This document shows positions 1 to 10,534 of a DNA stretch of 59,930 bases, piece by piece. The stretch lies in IMG/VR virus record IMGVR_UViG_3300038656_000077. The stretch is one strand, 5' to 3'. The DNA comes from an uncultured virus (IMG/VR IMGVR_UViG_3300038656_000077) (taxonomy: Duplodnaviria > Heunggongvirae > Uroviricota > Caudoviricetes). Numbering within the stretch: the first letter of the stretch is position 1; each line of letters opens with the position of its first letter. The notes below the pieces were generated by a model. It was not told the origin of the DNA, searched no databases, and saw only the letters and a list, made by a program, of their open reading frames with translations. The translations under genes were made by a program, and so were the position numbers.

Positions 1-350
1 TGTAAGTGTTTTGTTATTTGTCCTATTAAATCAAAATGCCTTACATAAGAAGGTATGTCGGCTTTCTGCCTTATATCGGCTACGTTCTTTAGTATTTCTG
101 GTTGTTCTTCATAATCTGTATAAGCTAGGTCTCCTTCAACCATTCTATAGTACTCGTCATAAATAATGTTTTTTCTTATTTGTGTTAGTCCTATTTCTTC
201 TAGCCTATCTAAATTATCTTTAGCAAACTTTTCTTTCTTTCTATAAGAGGGCAACGCTTGAGGAGGTAAAGAAGTAGATATTCTACTATTATCCCCTAAG
301 CCTTTGTATACGTTATTATATAGATTACCCGAATCGGATCCTAAAGACAT
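1..350 (-). CDS. Probable portal protein, N-terminal part (runs off left edge)
   Basis: Open frame from ATG at 350 (MSLGSDSG...LPPQALPSYRKKEKFAKDNLDRLEEIG...YVRHFDLIGQI) directly downstream of the terminase. Portal call is from gene order. Confidence 0.6.
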   Translation of the reverse strand, partial: MSLGSDSGNLYNNVYKGLGDNSRISTSLPPQALPSYRKKEKFAKDNLDRLEEIGLTQIRKNIIYDEYYRMVEGDLAYTDYEEQPEILKNVADIRQKADIPSYVRHFDLIGQITKHL

Positions 351-423
351 GTGGCAGTTATGTTAATTTTATACAAAAATAGTTATATTATTTGGTAAAA
401 CCAAAATTGTTAAACTTTATGTG

Positions 424-3141
424 TTACCAAAGCCTACCTTTTCGTCTACTTTCTGGAAACATTCCTCTTTTCCTAGAGTTTGTTTTTTTCTTATCTAGCA
501 TTTGTTTTTTTCTCTTTTTTTCCTCTTCCGTCATAGGTTTATCTGGTGCTTGACCTGTGACAGTTAAATAATAGTCATAGCCATAAGCTGACATAAGAGC
601 CGTTAAACCGTCGAAATTACCTCCTGGTCTATAATTTATCATTTCGTCTAATAATCTTACGTCATTTATCAGTCTTTCAAATTTATACCTAGTTCTTATC
701 TTTCCTTCTAAATCTTCGTAGTCTTCCTTCTTAGTTAATATTTTAAACATTATATTAAAAATATAAGCTTTATTTTTAGCTGTAGGTTGCCAACCGTATT
801 GTCTTCTTTGATTTGCATCGTAGTTTATATCTCCTAAGAAGTCTACACTTTTAAGTATATATTCGTCTGTTACTTCTAATCTGTCTGTAAATTCTTTGAA
901 CCCCATATCGGCATTCTCCATAAATACAGGGCCATTATATAGTTCACATAATAGCTTACCTTGCTCATGGAATTTGCCGTGAGGGTCAGGTCTAGAATGG
1001 TATGTGGCTACAACCTTCTCTGTATCCCTCCTTATGACAACAAATGAACCTACAGAATCTGAACTTGCTTCTTCTTGTTTGTAGTCATCTAGTCCTACTA
1101 TACAAAATTCAAAAGGAGCATTAGGTAAAGGATCTTCATAAATTGTAACAGGTGAGTCATGAAATCCTCCTGCGTAGGGAAAATCTGCTACCTCTTTTGA
1201 TGTTAGGTCGTATTCTACCTTTTGAGTTTTTTCGTTAAAGAATAACTCTACATTTTTTCCAACGTTACCTTCTTCTATTATCCTTTCTTTGTGTCTTCTT
1301 AAAGCTTCTCTTGGGAAAGGGTTTTCTTTACCTGACAAAAATATTTCTTCGGGATCTATTGGGTAATAAGCTTTTTCTTTGTTTAAAGATTTTTTATCAT
1401 CTTTAATAGCTTCTCTATCTTTTAATATTATATCAATGGACTTATCCCACTGCGTTACCATTATTTTCATGGGTTTTATTGCTTTTGTTTCCTCTATACC
1501 CAAATATTCGGCTAAACCTATTTCTCTCTTAACCATTCCTGTTTTTGAACTCATTTGTGCAGGAATATATGTACCAAAATCCCTTCTCTTCCAAGTTATG
1601 TATTTCTCGGGTATATTTCTTTCTAGGGCTTTCCAATCCATCACATGAATATTATATGACTCTGGTTTTTTAAGCATCAGGTGGGCATCTTCTGTAAGCT
1701 CTTCATTTGCGGAACCTGTACCACTTAAAATGGGTACTAACCTTTTACCGTAAGGTGAGTCAAACGAAGGTTTTGCCCCATCTAATTGTGTCTTGAATGG
1801 ACTTTTCATAGCTTCATCAAGAACAAAAGCATTAGGCGTAAAACCTGCTAAAATTTCAGATTTTTTATCTGCACCACTATCTAAGTTTATTACAGCTAGA
1901 AAGCAAGGGTTTATGTTTTTTTGGTTTTTCTTTTTTACTCCAAGTCTGACCATCTTAGACCAATCGTTAGTAATATTGGGATAATAAAATGCAGGATTTG
2001 AATGAAGCATTGTTTTTTTAAAGTTTTTTTCTATCTGCCCTAAATCTTTTGCCGAACCTCCTGCAACTACAAGCTCTCCACCTTTATCAAGCGCAGTCCA
2101 CTGTAGCAATGAAGCTATAAGAGTAGTCTTAGCCGCCCTCCTAGTCGCACATAAAAAAAGCATTTCATCTAACTTTTTTGCTTTTACAAAATTGTCTTGT
2201 ATAATAAACCACTCGTTATCTCTTAATGGCGGATTCATTATTACATCCTTAGACGAAAAACTACCATCTAACTCTTCCACCTCTGTAGGTATGTCTGTTT
2301 TAAACACGTTTAGATGTGAATACATCCAAGGGGAAATAAATACACTTCCTAGCTTTATCCCTCTCCTTAGTTTTTTAAATTCGTCAACATAGAATTGTAG
2401 TGTTTTTTTATCTTGTTCAAAATAATGTTTGTCTGGATTCCATACAGGTGGATTTTTTACATGTATTAACATTTCATTTTTAGGAGGTGAATCGAAATCT
2501 ATTCCTAATGTTTTCACATACTCTTTTATATGGGGGTATTCAGCCTCTACGGCATCTCTCATAGCAAGAGGTGCTTTCGAATTACCATGTAACTCTAAAA
2601 GACTGTGTTCTTTTTCTTGATTTAAGTCTAGCTTATTTATTTTATCGGATATATCAGACTTATCTCCGTAAAGCAAATTGTCAAATTCTATGTCTTCCGA
2701 CTGAAAATCTTTTTCAGTTTTTTCTGAAGAATCACTGGTTTGTTTTAATTCAAGAGAATCACTATTTCTTATATAATTATCAACTCGTTTTAAGTGACAT
2801 TCTATTAGGTCAACCATTTTGTCAACCATATTATCCACAGATTTAGACTTGCCTATATCTGATTCAACTACCGAGTGGAAGTGTTTTAGTCGGTCTACTA
2901 TAGTTTTTACAATCTTAGCTTGTATTTTATACTCTGATTCTTTGCCTTCGTGTAATAGTACGTAAGCTCCTTTTTGTTTGACCTTTACATCTTTTACATA
3001 ATAATATTTAGATGTAGATATATTTCCTTCAGTATCTTTATTTAATACAGGTATACTCCAATCATTTTCTTTGAAATACTTTTTGTATTTCTCAACTTGA
3101 GGCTTGTTGTCTTTTATAAAGCTTTTTACAAAATTATCCAA
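424..3141 (-). CDS. terL: Terminase large subunit
   Basis: 905 aa; Walker A-like ATRRAAKTT, Walker B FVLDEA, coupling motif SGTG, RNase H-like GLDDY...SDSVGS, C-terminal NFDGL. Confidence 0.88.
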   Translation of the reverse strand: MDNFVKSFIKDNKPQVEKYKKYFKENDWSIPVLNKDTEGNISTSKYYYVKDVKVKQKGAYVLLHEGKESEYKIQAKIVKTIVDRLKHFHSVVESDIGKSKSVDNMVDKMVDLIECHLKRVDNYIRNSDSLELKQTSDSSEKTEKDFQSEDIEFDNLLYGDKSDISDKINKLDLNQEKEHSLLELHGNSKAPLAMRDAVEAEYPHIKEYVKTLGIDFDSPPKNEMLIHVKNPPVWNPDKHYFEQDKKTLQFYVDEFKKLRRGIKLGSVFISPWMYSHLNVFKTDIPTEVEELDGSFSSKDVIMNPPLRDNEWFIIQDNFVKAKKLDEMLFLCATRRAAKTTLIASLLQWTALDKGGELVVAGGSAKDLGQIEKNFKKTMLHSNPAFYYPNITNDWSKMVRLGVKKKNQKNINPCFLAVINLDSGADKKSEILAGFTPNAFVLDEAMKSPFKTQLDGAKPSFDSPYGKRLVPILSGTGSANEELTEDAHLMLKKPESYNIHVMDWKALERNIPEKYITWKRRDFGTYIPAQMSSKTGMVKREIGLAEYLGIEETKAIKPMKIMVTQWDKSIDIILKDREAIKDDKKSLNKEKAYYPIDPEEIFLSGKENPFPREALRRHKERIIEEGNVGKNVELFFNEKTQKVEYDLTSKEVADFPYAGGFHDSPVTIYEDPLPNAPFEFCIVGLDDYKQEEASSDSVGSFVVIRRDTEKVVATYHSRPDPHGKFHEQGKLLCELYNGPVFMENADMGFKEFTDRLEVTDEYILKSVDFLGDINYDANQRRQYGWQPTAKNKAYIFNIMFKILTKKEDYEDLEGKIRTRYKFERLINDVRLLDEMINYRPGGNFDGLTALMSAYGYDYYLTVTGQAPDKPMTEEEKKRKKQMLDKKKTNSRKRGMFPESRRKGRLW

Positions 3142-3208
3142 TTCTTATTTTTTTTGTGTAAAGATACTACAACTAAATTAATTGTTAAAATGTGTTAAAC
3201 ATTTAATC

Positions 3209-3234
3209 AAAAAACCGAGGTGGTGTGCCTCGGT
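3209..3234 (-). terminator. Intrinsic terminator
   Basis: ACCGAGG/CCTCGGT stem with A-run on + strand. Confidence 0.6.
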
Positions 3235-3290
3235 CTAAAAGTGTTTGTACAGTTGTTTAATTTTACGTATACGATTATGCTTTTGAAATT

Positions 3291-3755
3291 TTACCCTTTT
3301 AAATTATCAGAAAGCATCTTCATAATAGCATCGTATTGAGGTGATTCTTTTATTTCGTTGATTGCTTTCTCTTGCGTTCCATTAATTCTTTCTTCTAAGC
3401 CATCTTCTGTTGGCACAAAAGTTAGTTTTCGTTTAGACTCTTTTAATTTTTCAACTTTCTCTATCAAGTCTTCATCCAACTTATCTTTTATGTCTAGTGT
3501 TGAAGTAAGAGAATATAGTGCAACTAGATCTTGTACAATAGATCTTACGTCTTGCATTTTGATTTGATAACCAAACATAAGAAATTCCATTTCTTCTTGA
3601 AACTCTTCAAAGCTTTTTCCTTTCTCTAAGGATTTTGCTATTTCTTTTTTCTTTTTTTCTACCTCTTCTCTTTCTTTGTCGAAAAATTTAGCGTAGTCTT
3701 GGTAATCTTTAAATACCGCTTGTATTCTATCTATAATTTTATCTTCAGTTGTCAT
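3291..3755 (-). CDS. Hypothetical coiled-coil protein
   Basis: 154 aa ORF in a tightly packed minus-strand operon. Confidence 0.7.
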   Translation of the reverse strand: MTTEDKIIDRIQAVFKDYQDYAKFFDKEREEVEKKKKEIAKSLEKGKSFEEFQEEMEFLMFGYQIKMQDVRSIVQDLVALYSLTSTLDIKDKLDEDLIEKVEKLKESKRKLTFVPTEDGLEERINGTQEKAINEIKESPQYDAIMKMLSDNLKG

Positions 3756-3960
3756 TTTCTACGATTTTTGCTTTTTCTATTTTGTTTAATATCTGTGAGT
3801 CTGTCTTTTCTAATAGTATGCTTACATTTCTATCTTCTTCTTTACCCATAGGTCTACAAAAACTGTAAAGGATTTGTCCTAATGTAAGATCTTTTCTCTC
3901 GTGAATAAACTCTGATAGCTCTGCTATAAAAGCTACTCTTTCTGCTGTATTTTGTTGCAT
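3745..3960 (-). CDS. Hypothetical protein
   Basis: 71 aa, overlaps neighbours. Confidence 0.65.
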   Translation of the reverse strand: MQQNTAERVAFIAELSEFIHERKDLTLGQILYSFCRPMGKEEDRNVSILLEKTDSQILNKIEKAKIVENDN

Positions 3961-4262
3961 TATTTTATTTTTCCTGTTAGTTTTATATCTATTTTATTTT
4001 CTCCTTCAAATATATATACGTGTTTAAGGATCCTGCCTAATAAACTAGTATTATAGTTTATAAATATCATATTATTTTTTACCCAAGCTTTCGTACATCC
4101 TCCACAAGAAGTTTTTACTTTTATATCTTCACTATCTGTTTCAAACTTTAGTTTCAGGTCTGGGTCAGATTTATGTTTTATATCCCCAAAGTCTAGGTTA
4201 TAATTCAAGTTGTCTATTTTGGTTAGAGTTGACATCTCTGGTTTTAAGTTCTCTAGTTTCAT
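3960..4262 (-). CDS. Hypothetical protein (SCGGCT motif, possibly DUF1573-like Ig fold)
   Basis: 100 aa, coupled to neighbours. Confidence 0.6.
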   Translation of the reverse strand: MKLENLKPEMSTLTKIDNLNYNLDFGDIKHKSDPDLKLKFETDSEDIKVKTSCGGCTKAWVKNNMIFINYNTSLLGRILKHVYIFEGENKIDIKLTGKIK

Positions 4263-4654
4263 TTTATATTTAATTGTTTTAATAATTTTTTAAGTTCTGA
4301 TTTGTTTTTGATACTTCCTGCAAATGACACTTCAGATTCTTCATCACTTATAATCCATCTCCAATCTTTTTCATTTTCTTTATATAACCAATATCTTTCA
4401 TTTTTATAGTCGTACCAATTATTATGAGTCATAGACTTTTTAAAACCTAAACTTTCTATATCTTCTTTGTCTAGGTATTTAACTAATGGTTCATTTTTTA
4501 TTATTTCATAAAAATCTGTAACTCCTTGATAATCTCCATAATTTAACTCATCTTCTTTAATTACATGAATTATTCTTTTATTGAAATGATTATAAGTAAC
4601 TTCAAATCCAACATGAAACTCTTCTATTTCTGGTGTGTAATATTTATTTTTCAT
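4259..4654 (-). CDS. Hypothetical protein
   Basis: 131 aa, coupled. Confidence 0.7.
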   Translation of the reverse strand: MKNKYYTPEIEEFHVGFEVTYNHFNKRIIHVIKEDELNYGDYQGVTDFYEIIKNEPLVKYLDKEDIESLGFKKSMTHNNWYDYKNERYWLYKENEKDWRWIISDEESEVSFAGSIKNKSELKKLLKQLNIK

Positions 4655-4934
4655 GTGTGTCCCATTTTATTTCTTTTCCTATGTTTTCTAAAGAGCAATA
4701 CTCATCTTTTATTTTGGTTTTAAATATTATTCCACAGTTGCAAATTGTGCATTGATTATTAAAACCGTTTAAAAAATACCACCAATAGTCTTTAAATGTA
4801 CGCTCGCTTAACTTTTTGTTTCCAAAGTTATATTTGCACCCATTGCATATTTCACGCCTCTTACGTACCCATTTTGGCACTTTCTGGTTATATATAACCC
4901 TAGACATAAGTATCCTTTTAAGTTTTTCAATCAT
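4644..4934 (-). CDS. Cys-rich hypothetical protein (Zn-binding)
   Basis: CxxC, CxxCxC and a further Cys. Confidence 0.7.
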   Translation of the reverse strand: MIEKLKRILMSRVIYNQKVPKWVRKRREICNGCKYNFGNKKLSERTFKDYWWYFLNGFNNQCTICNCGIIFKTKIKDEYCSLENIGKEIKWDTHEK

Positions 4935-5407
4935 TTGATGTTGTTTTGAATTTCTTCTGTTTCTTTTGAACTAATCTTTCTTCTTTTTATAGCTCTTCTT
5001 AAGTTTTGTATTATTGGTGGAAAGAGATGTTTTTTACTTACATTTTCTTTTGGTCTATACAGTTCGTACTCCATTTTTATATCATCGTATCTCTGCTGCC
5101 ATACCTCAACCTGTTTTTTTATGACTTCTTTTGCCTTATCTGAAATATTTTCATAATGGAGCATATTCTTTTTAACAGTTTTTATTTTGTTTGTATCATA
5201 AAGATGGTAGTAAGCCCTACCTATAGGGTAAAGGTTTATAGCACAGTAAGGCTCTTCATTAAATACTTTCTTTGTATTTTTAGCTGAAAACTCATAAACT
5301 CTTTTTAGTTGATGTATGTCTGTTTCTACCCCTTCCTCTTTTAGTATCTCCAAGGCTTTTTCGAATACATCTTCATCGTAAGCAACCCCGCTATTAAATT
5401 TACTCAT
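4931..5407 (-). CDS. Hypothetical protein
   Basis: 158 aa, coupled. Confidence 0.7.
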   Translation of the reverse strand: MSKFNSGVAYDEDVFEKALEILKEEGVETDIHQLKRVYEFSAKNTKKVFNEEPYCAINLYPIGRAYYHLYDTNKIKTVKKNMLHYENISDKAKEVIKKQVEVWQQRYDDIKMEYELYRPKENVSKKHLFPPIIQNLRRAIKRRKISSKETEEIQNNIK

Positions 5408-5774
5408 CTGTGTGTATAAATCCTATAGTGAATATTCTGTTTCTTTTTTTGAATAGTTGTTCTTGGCAGTTTAATAGTTCGTCTGATAGCCTTTTTTTAT
5501 GTGTTTTGGGGTCAATAATTAAATAGCCATTGTTTTTCAACATATTAATTATGACTCTTACATAACTGTTTTTAATTTGTTGAGATAAAGAAAAAGTAAG
5601 ACTTTTTTCACCCTCTTTAGAGTAACCATAAACCAAAAAATAAGCAAGTGCTTCTTTGGCTCTCTCAACCAAAGTATGTTGTGGAGGTTTAGCTATCATA
5701 TATATTTGTAGAAAACTTTTTGCCAAGTCTATTTTGTTATCAAACTTCAAAGGTATACCGAATTGTTTAGCCAT
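5400..5774 (-). CDS. Hypothetical protein, possibly winged-helix
   Basis: 124 aa; TATATTTG promoter element upstream on the minus strand. Confidence 0.65.
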   Translation of the reverse strand: MAKQFGIPLKFDNKIDLAKSFLQIYMIAKPPQHTLVERAKEALAYFLVYGYSKEGEKSLTFSLSQQIKNSYVRVIINMLKNNGYLIIDPKTHKKRLSDELLNCQEQLFKKRNRIFTIGFIHTDE

Positions 5775-5917
5775 GCTATATAATTATATATTGCAAATAT
5801 ATATTATTTAATTATTAACTCCAAGCATTTTAACATTTAATTTTGATTAGGAATCTTTAATTTATTTGGTGGTTATATTTATTATGATTATATTTGCTCA
5901 CAACAAAAATTAAAACC

Positions 5918-6184
5918 ATGAAAGATTCAAAACTTAATATACATGAATTTTTTGATGAATTGCTTTTCTTAACGGACGAAAACATTTTTTCAAATATTTA
6001 CATAGACGAAAATATAGAATTTTTTAAAGAAATAAATTTATATTTATATGAGCATTATTTAGAAGATAGAATGACTCTAAATTTAGCCTCTAATATTTTA
6101 GAAAGTTTCATAAAGTCGATGCTCAAACATACTCCAAGTTTACATAATGTATTAAGAGACGATTTTGGAAATATAGAAGAATAA
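5918..6184 (+). CDS. Hypothetical protein
   Basis: ATG 5918 after TATATTTG (5889); terminator-like hairpin at 6225-6256. Confidence 0.65.
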   Translation: MKDSKLNIHEFFDELLFLTDENIFSNIYIDENIEFFKEINLYLYEHYLEDRMTLNLASNILESFIKSMLKHTPSLHNVLRDDFGNIEE

Positions 6185-6314
6185 TTTTTGAGTAGTAGTA
6201 GTAGTAGTAGTGATTTTTGACAGGCCTCCTTATTTTAAGGGGGTTTTTCTTTTTTTGTAAAATAAGATTTAATTTATTTGGTAGCTATATTTATTATTGC
6301 TATATTTGCATTGT

Positions 6315-6680
6315 GAGAGATATTGTATCTTTCTAGTAACAACGGTAATCAAACCATTACACCCTTATCAGTCACCTTGAAAAAGTGCATGTGGGGTCAG
6401 AAGTCGGGTTAATAATTGCAGGATTGAAATAATATCTAAACATAGCGATGAAGTTCTCCCCGATAGTTACGGAAAATTGCCTAAATATAAGCAGGAGGGC
6501 ACGATAAGACGATACGGACTGAAAAGGGTAGTATTGCAGTGTGTGGGTGTAAAGAGAAGTCAACGAAATTTCTCAAACGTACAGCTCCTTAGTGAAAGTT
6601 TAGGTTGAAATCGCCACTAAGTAATTAGAAGGTCAATAGATTATGAAAATTTTCTAAAGGGGTTTCCTCTGTCCAACACA
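6315..6680 (+). ncRNA. Candidate structured non-coding RNA
   Basis: No convincing ORF, higher GC, TATATTTG at 6301; pairings 6361-6373/6517-6529 (12/13) and 6588-6594/6615-6621. Confidence 0.4.
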
Positions 6681-6917
6681 CAAACACAACAACAGTTTTT
6701 CACTCTAACGCATTTTCGGTTTTATACAGTACTTAACACTACAAGTAGAGGGTACTAAAACGGATATTGTTACAAGCGAAGTTACGGTTTAACGGTGTGT
6801 TGCTAACCGACTCTTTGCGGTCTGGGAGTTTCTATTTTTTATCTAAGTTTTAACAGTTTTTATTTGGTATTATGACTAAATATGCTTATATTTATATATT
6901 AAAAAATATTTGTAAAA

Positions 6918-8375
6918 ATGTACAAACCTTATCCAATACAACAGTTAGAGATTGATAAAATCACAGAGTTTATAAAAAAGGATACTAACAGAAAAGCTGT
7001 ATTTGCTTATCCAGTTTCTTTTGGTAAAACAATACTTATAGCAAATGTTGCTATCAACTTTCCTAACAAATACTTTATAAATGTAGCACCTAATAAAGAA
7101 CTAGTAGAACAGAACCACGAAACCTATACTTCGTATGGATATGATGCGTCTATTTGTTCAGCTTCCTTAAACTCTAATGAAGTTTCTCAAGTTACGTTTG
7201 CAACTATTGGTACTCTTAAAAAACACATAGACTTTTTCAAAGATAAGGATGTAATTTTATTACAAGACGAAGCACATGACAGTTCACTCAAAAAAAGTGA
7301 GATAGGTAAGTTTTATAAACAGTTAAAAAAGTGCAAACTGCTCGGTTTTACCGCAACTCCTATGAGACTAAACAACTCTGCAAGCGGAACTAAACTGTCA
7401 ATGATGAATAGACAGAAAGATTGTATTTATAGCTCCATAGAAAGCGTCATACAAGTTTCCGATGTGATAGATAATAACATGTGGTCAAAGCTTGTGTATG
7501 ACGTTGAAAACGTAGATGAGAGTAAATTAAAATTAAACACAACAGGATCAGATTATACTTTAAAATCTCTAGAAGCTTTTTCTGAAGCTAATAATATAGT
7601 CCAAAAATGTGTAGAATCTGTTTACAGGTTAAGAGAAGAAGATAGAGAGAGTTGTATCGTGTATGTTACTTCAATAGATGAAGCAGAAAGAGTGGCTTCT
7701 AAAATAGAAGATTCTGCAGTATTGCATTCCAAACTAAAAAAAACAGAAAGAGATAGGGTAATTACAGAATTTAAGGCAGGTAGTATAAAAACTGTTGTTA
7801 ACGTAGGAATTCTAAAACAAGGTTTTAATTATCCAGAGCTTTCCTCTATTGTTTTTGCTCGTCCTACAAATTCTTATACACTTTATTATCAAGTTCTTGG
7901 TAGAGTTATACGTAAACACGAAGATAAAATAGATGGCAAGGTCATAGATATTTCTGGTAACTACAATAAGTTTGGAGCGATAGAAGACCTAGAATTTATA
8001 AATGAAGAGTGGTGTGGTGGTTGGGCGGCTTTTAGTGGCAACAGGCTGCTTACAGGTTACGCTTTAGGGGGAAGTTTAGTACCTACAAAGCAAAGTTTAA
8101 AACACTATTTTAATGAGGTAACAACAGGAGATAATTTACCCAAAGACCCTAAATTTAATTTTGGTAAACACAAAGGAGTTCCTGTTTCAGTAGTTAAGAG
8201 AAAACACGAGAGTTATTTATTCTGGATAGTGGATCCTGAAACAAAATTTACGTTCAGAGGAAAAAACGGATTGGCACTTAAAAGAGCTATATACCGACAA
8301 CTAAAATTGCCTTTGAACAAACTAAGAGATGTAGATTTAGATTATAGTAAATCTCAATTACCTTTTAATTTATAA
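6918..8375 (+). CDS. Superfamily 2 DNA helicase (RadD/YejH/UvsW-like)
   Basis: PVSFGKT, DEAH, TATP, LKQGFN, QVLGRVIR; C-terminal FGKHKG module. Confidence 0.9.
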   Translation: MYKPYPIQQLEIDKITEFIKKDTNRKAVFAYPVSFGKTILIANVAINFPNKYFINVAPNKELVEQNHETYTSYGYDASICSASLNSNEVSQVTFATIGTLKKHIDFFKDKDVILLQDEAHDSSLKKSEIGKFYKQLKKCKLLGFTATPMRLNNSASGTKLSMMNRQKDCIYSSIESVIQVSDVIDNNMWSKLVYDVENVDESKLKLNTTGSDYTLKSLEAFSEANNIVQKCVESVYRLREEDRESCIVYVTSIDEAERVASKIEDSAVLHSKLKKTERDRVITEFKAGSIKTVVNVGILKQGFNYPELSSIVFARPTNSYTLYYQVLGRVIRKHEDKIDGKVIDISGNYNKFGAIEDLEFINEEWCGGWAAFSGNRLLTGYALGGSLVPTKQSLKHYFNEVTTGDNLPKDPKFNFGKHKGVPVSVVKRKHESYLFWIVDPETKFTFRGKNGLALKRAIYRQLKLPLNKLRDVDLDYSKSQLPFNL

Positions 8376-8383
8376 CTATAACT

Positions 8384-8818
8384 ATGTTTATAGACTTTGA
8401 AACAGAAGATTATGATAATTTAAAAAATGGACAGTTAAAAAGAATGGCTGATTTTTGGCAGAGACGATATTTATTAAAGAATGCAAAAAGAAACGGTTAT
8501 AATCAAGTATGGTGTCCTGTAAAAGAAAGATATTATAACGAAAATAAAATGGAAGCCTCTCACTTTATAGATAGAAGCGTAATGTGTACAAGGTACGATA
8601 AAGATAATGTATGGTTAATATCGAAACAAAGTAATACTTGGGATGCTAGAGAACAAGTAGAAAGATACAAATCTTTACATCATAAAGAGTTTGAAGAGCT
8701 TTTGGTAAAAGAAATAGGAGAAAAAAATATTAAAAAACTCTTGGCTAAGAGTAAAAGTTTGACTATATTTGCAAAGAAAGATTATATAGACAAAATAAAA
8801 AAATTTAGAGATGAGTGA
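8384..8818 (+). CDS. NinG/Rap-like recombination endonuclease
   Basis: EASHFIDRSVMCTRYDKDNV motif. Confidence 0.7.
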   Translation: MFIDFETEDYDNLKNGQLKRMADFWQRRYLLKNAKRNGYNQVWCPVKERYYNENKMEASHFIDRSVMCTRYDKDNVWLISKQSNTWDAREQVERYKSLHHKEFEELLVKEIGEKNIKKLLAKSKSLTIFAKKDYIDKIKKFRDE

Positions 8819-9221
8819 TACAAAACACCCCTTTTTAAGGTTATCCGACCTAATACAAGAGTATTATAATAAGAAAGAGTCCTTCTCTGTAAAAGAGCTC
8901 CAAGATATGAGGGAAAATATATCACTTACACTATTTTATTTGTCTGACAGTGCTTCAACTGCATTATCTAAATATGACAAAGCTGATTGGGAAAGAAAAA
9001 GAAGTTTTGCAGAACTCATAGAAGAAAATAAATACGATGATAATGGCGATAAAAATACTGTGGCTGTAATGGAAAGTTTAGCCCGTATAGCAAACAAAGA
9101 AAAAGAAGAAGCAGTAGTTGAAGCATTAAGACAAAAAGAAAGAGTTAGAATAATACTAAATTCTACACAACAAATATTAAATGCTATAGCGTCAAGATTA
9201 AGTTCAATACAACAAAAATAA
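8811..9221 (+). CDS. Hypothetical helical protein
   Basis: 136 aa between ninG-like gene and recA. Confidence 0.7.
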   Translation: MSDTKHPFLRLSDLIQEYYNKKESFSVKELQDMRENISLTLFYLSDSASTALSKYDKADWERKRSFAELIEENKYDDNGDKNTVAVMESLARIANKEKEEAVVEALRQKERVRIILNSTQQILNAIASRLSSIQQK

Positions 9222-9225
9222 CTAT

Positions 9226-10215
9226 ATGTCAGAAGAAATAAACGAAGCATTAGAGTCTTTTAACTCATTATACAAGGGGGGAGGCATTGTAAATTTAGGA
9301 GAAAACCCTAGATTTCCAAAGAAAAAAAAGACAGGTAGACCTTCTATAGATTTTGTAACGGATGGGGGAGTTCCAAAAGGAAGACTGATACTTATTGCAG
9401 GAGAACCCTCTGCAGGTAAATCTTCTTTGACTATACAGATAGTAGAAAAATTAGGTAAGAAGATTTTGTATGTAGATACTGAAATGACATTAACAACGGA
9501 TTATTTAGAGTCATTGGGGTCTACACCCCATAAATTTTCACATGTCATTCCAACAACAACAGAGGAAATGTGTAATATAATTCGAGAACAAATTCCTAAC
9601 TTTGATGTTATTGTGGTGGATTCTATAAACAACAGTGCTAGTGGAGAACAGATGCAAAAAACAGCAGAAGAGAGAACAATGGCAAACAGAGCTATAGTTT
9701 TATCTTCACAATTACCTATAATTGTAGGTCTTTGTAATCAGTATGACACCACACTAGTTATATTATCTCAAGTTCGAGACAATATGAACAAAGCAAACAA
9801 ATATTCACCAGACACAGTTATTCCTGGTGGAAGATCTTTACACCATAATAGCTCAATGACTTTAGAGCTATTTAAATCAACAAAAAAGAAGTCTAAAGAG
9901 GAAGAAAAACTTAGTAATAAAAAGGAAACTATTGAGGGTAATTTAATTAGAATTAAGTGCACTAAAAACAAAGTGGGCAAAGTAAACAGAGAAGTTTCTG
10001 TAGAGTTTACTTACGGAGAGGGCTTTACTATAGAATCCGATGTAGCATCTTCAGCAGTAAGACTAGGAATTATAGAAAAAGCGGGAAGCTGGTTGAAATA
10101 CAACGGCTCGTCTATATCGCAAGGTATAGATAATTTAGTTCCAGTGTTAAAAGACAACCCTGATCTACTGCAAGAGTTAATAGAAAAAATAGAAACCATT
10201 AAAACAGAGAATTAA
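9226..10215 (+). CDS. recA: RecA-like recombinase
   Basis: GGVPKGR, GEPSAGKS, VVDS, PGGRSL, KNKVG, KAGSW. Confidence 0.93.
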   Translation: MSEEINEALESFNSLYKGGGIVNLGENPRFPKKKKTGRPSIDFVTDGGVPKGRLILIAGEPSAGKSSLTIQIVEKLGKKILYVDTEMTLTTDYLESLGSTPHKFSHVIPTTTEEMCNIIREQIPNFDVIVVDSINNSASGEQMQKTAEERTMANRAIVLSSQLPIIVGLCNQYDTTLVILSQVRDNMNKANKYSPDTVIPGGRSLHHNSSMTLELFKSTKKKSKEEEKLSNKKETIEGNLIRIKCTKNKVGKVNREVSVEFTYGEGFTIESDVASSAVRLGIIEKAGSWLKYNGSSISQGIDNLVPVLKDNPDLLQELIEKIETIKTEN

Positions 10216-10216
10216 T

Positions 10217-10534
10217 ATGAGATTACAAAGACCACCAAAGCAAAAAAGAGGATACATTCTAGTAAAACTTCTAGATGAAGAAATACAGAAAACAAAGTCA
10301 GGTATTTATATGCCTACTGAAATAACAGAAAACTCTTTTTTCAGAAAAGCTGAGGTCGTGACTGTAGGTGAAAACAGTAAAGACTATGAAATGCAAACTA
10401 AAGAAGGGGATATAATTTTAGTTAAGAAGTCTTTGGCACAGATGTCAGACTTAACTTTGACTGTAGACGACATACCCCATTATATAATCAGAGAAGAACA
10501 AGGGTTTTACGGATGGCCGCAGGACGAACAGTAG
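10217..10534 (+). CDS. groES: GroES-like co-chaperonin
   Basis: KTKSGIYMP, AEVVTVG, KEGDIIL. Confidence 0.85.
   Translation: MRLQRPPKQKRGYILVKLLDEEIQKTKSGIYMPTEITENSFFRKAEVVTVGENSKDYEMQTKEGDIILVKKSLAQMSDLTLTVDDIPHYIIREEQGFYGWPQDEQ

Noticed and set aside
6190..6212. (AGT)n microsatellite
   Set aside because: Short and intergenic, with no evident function.
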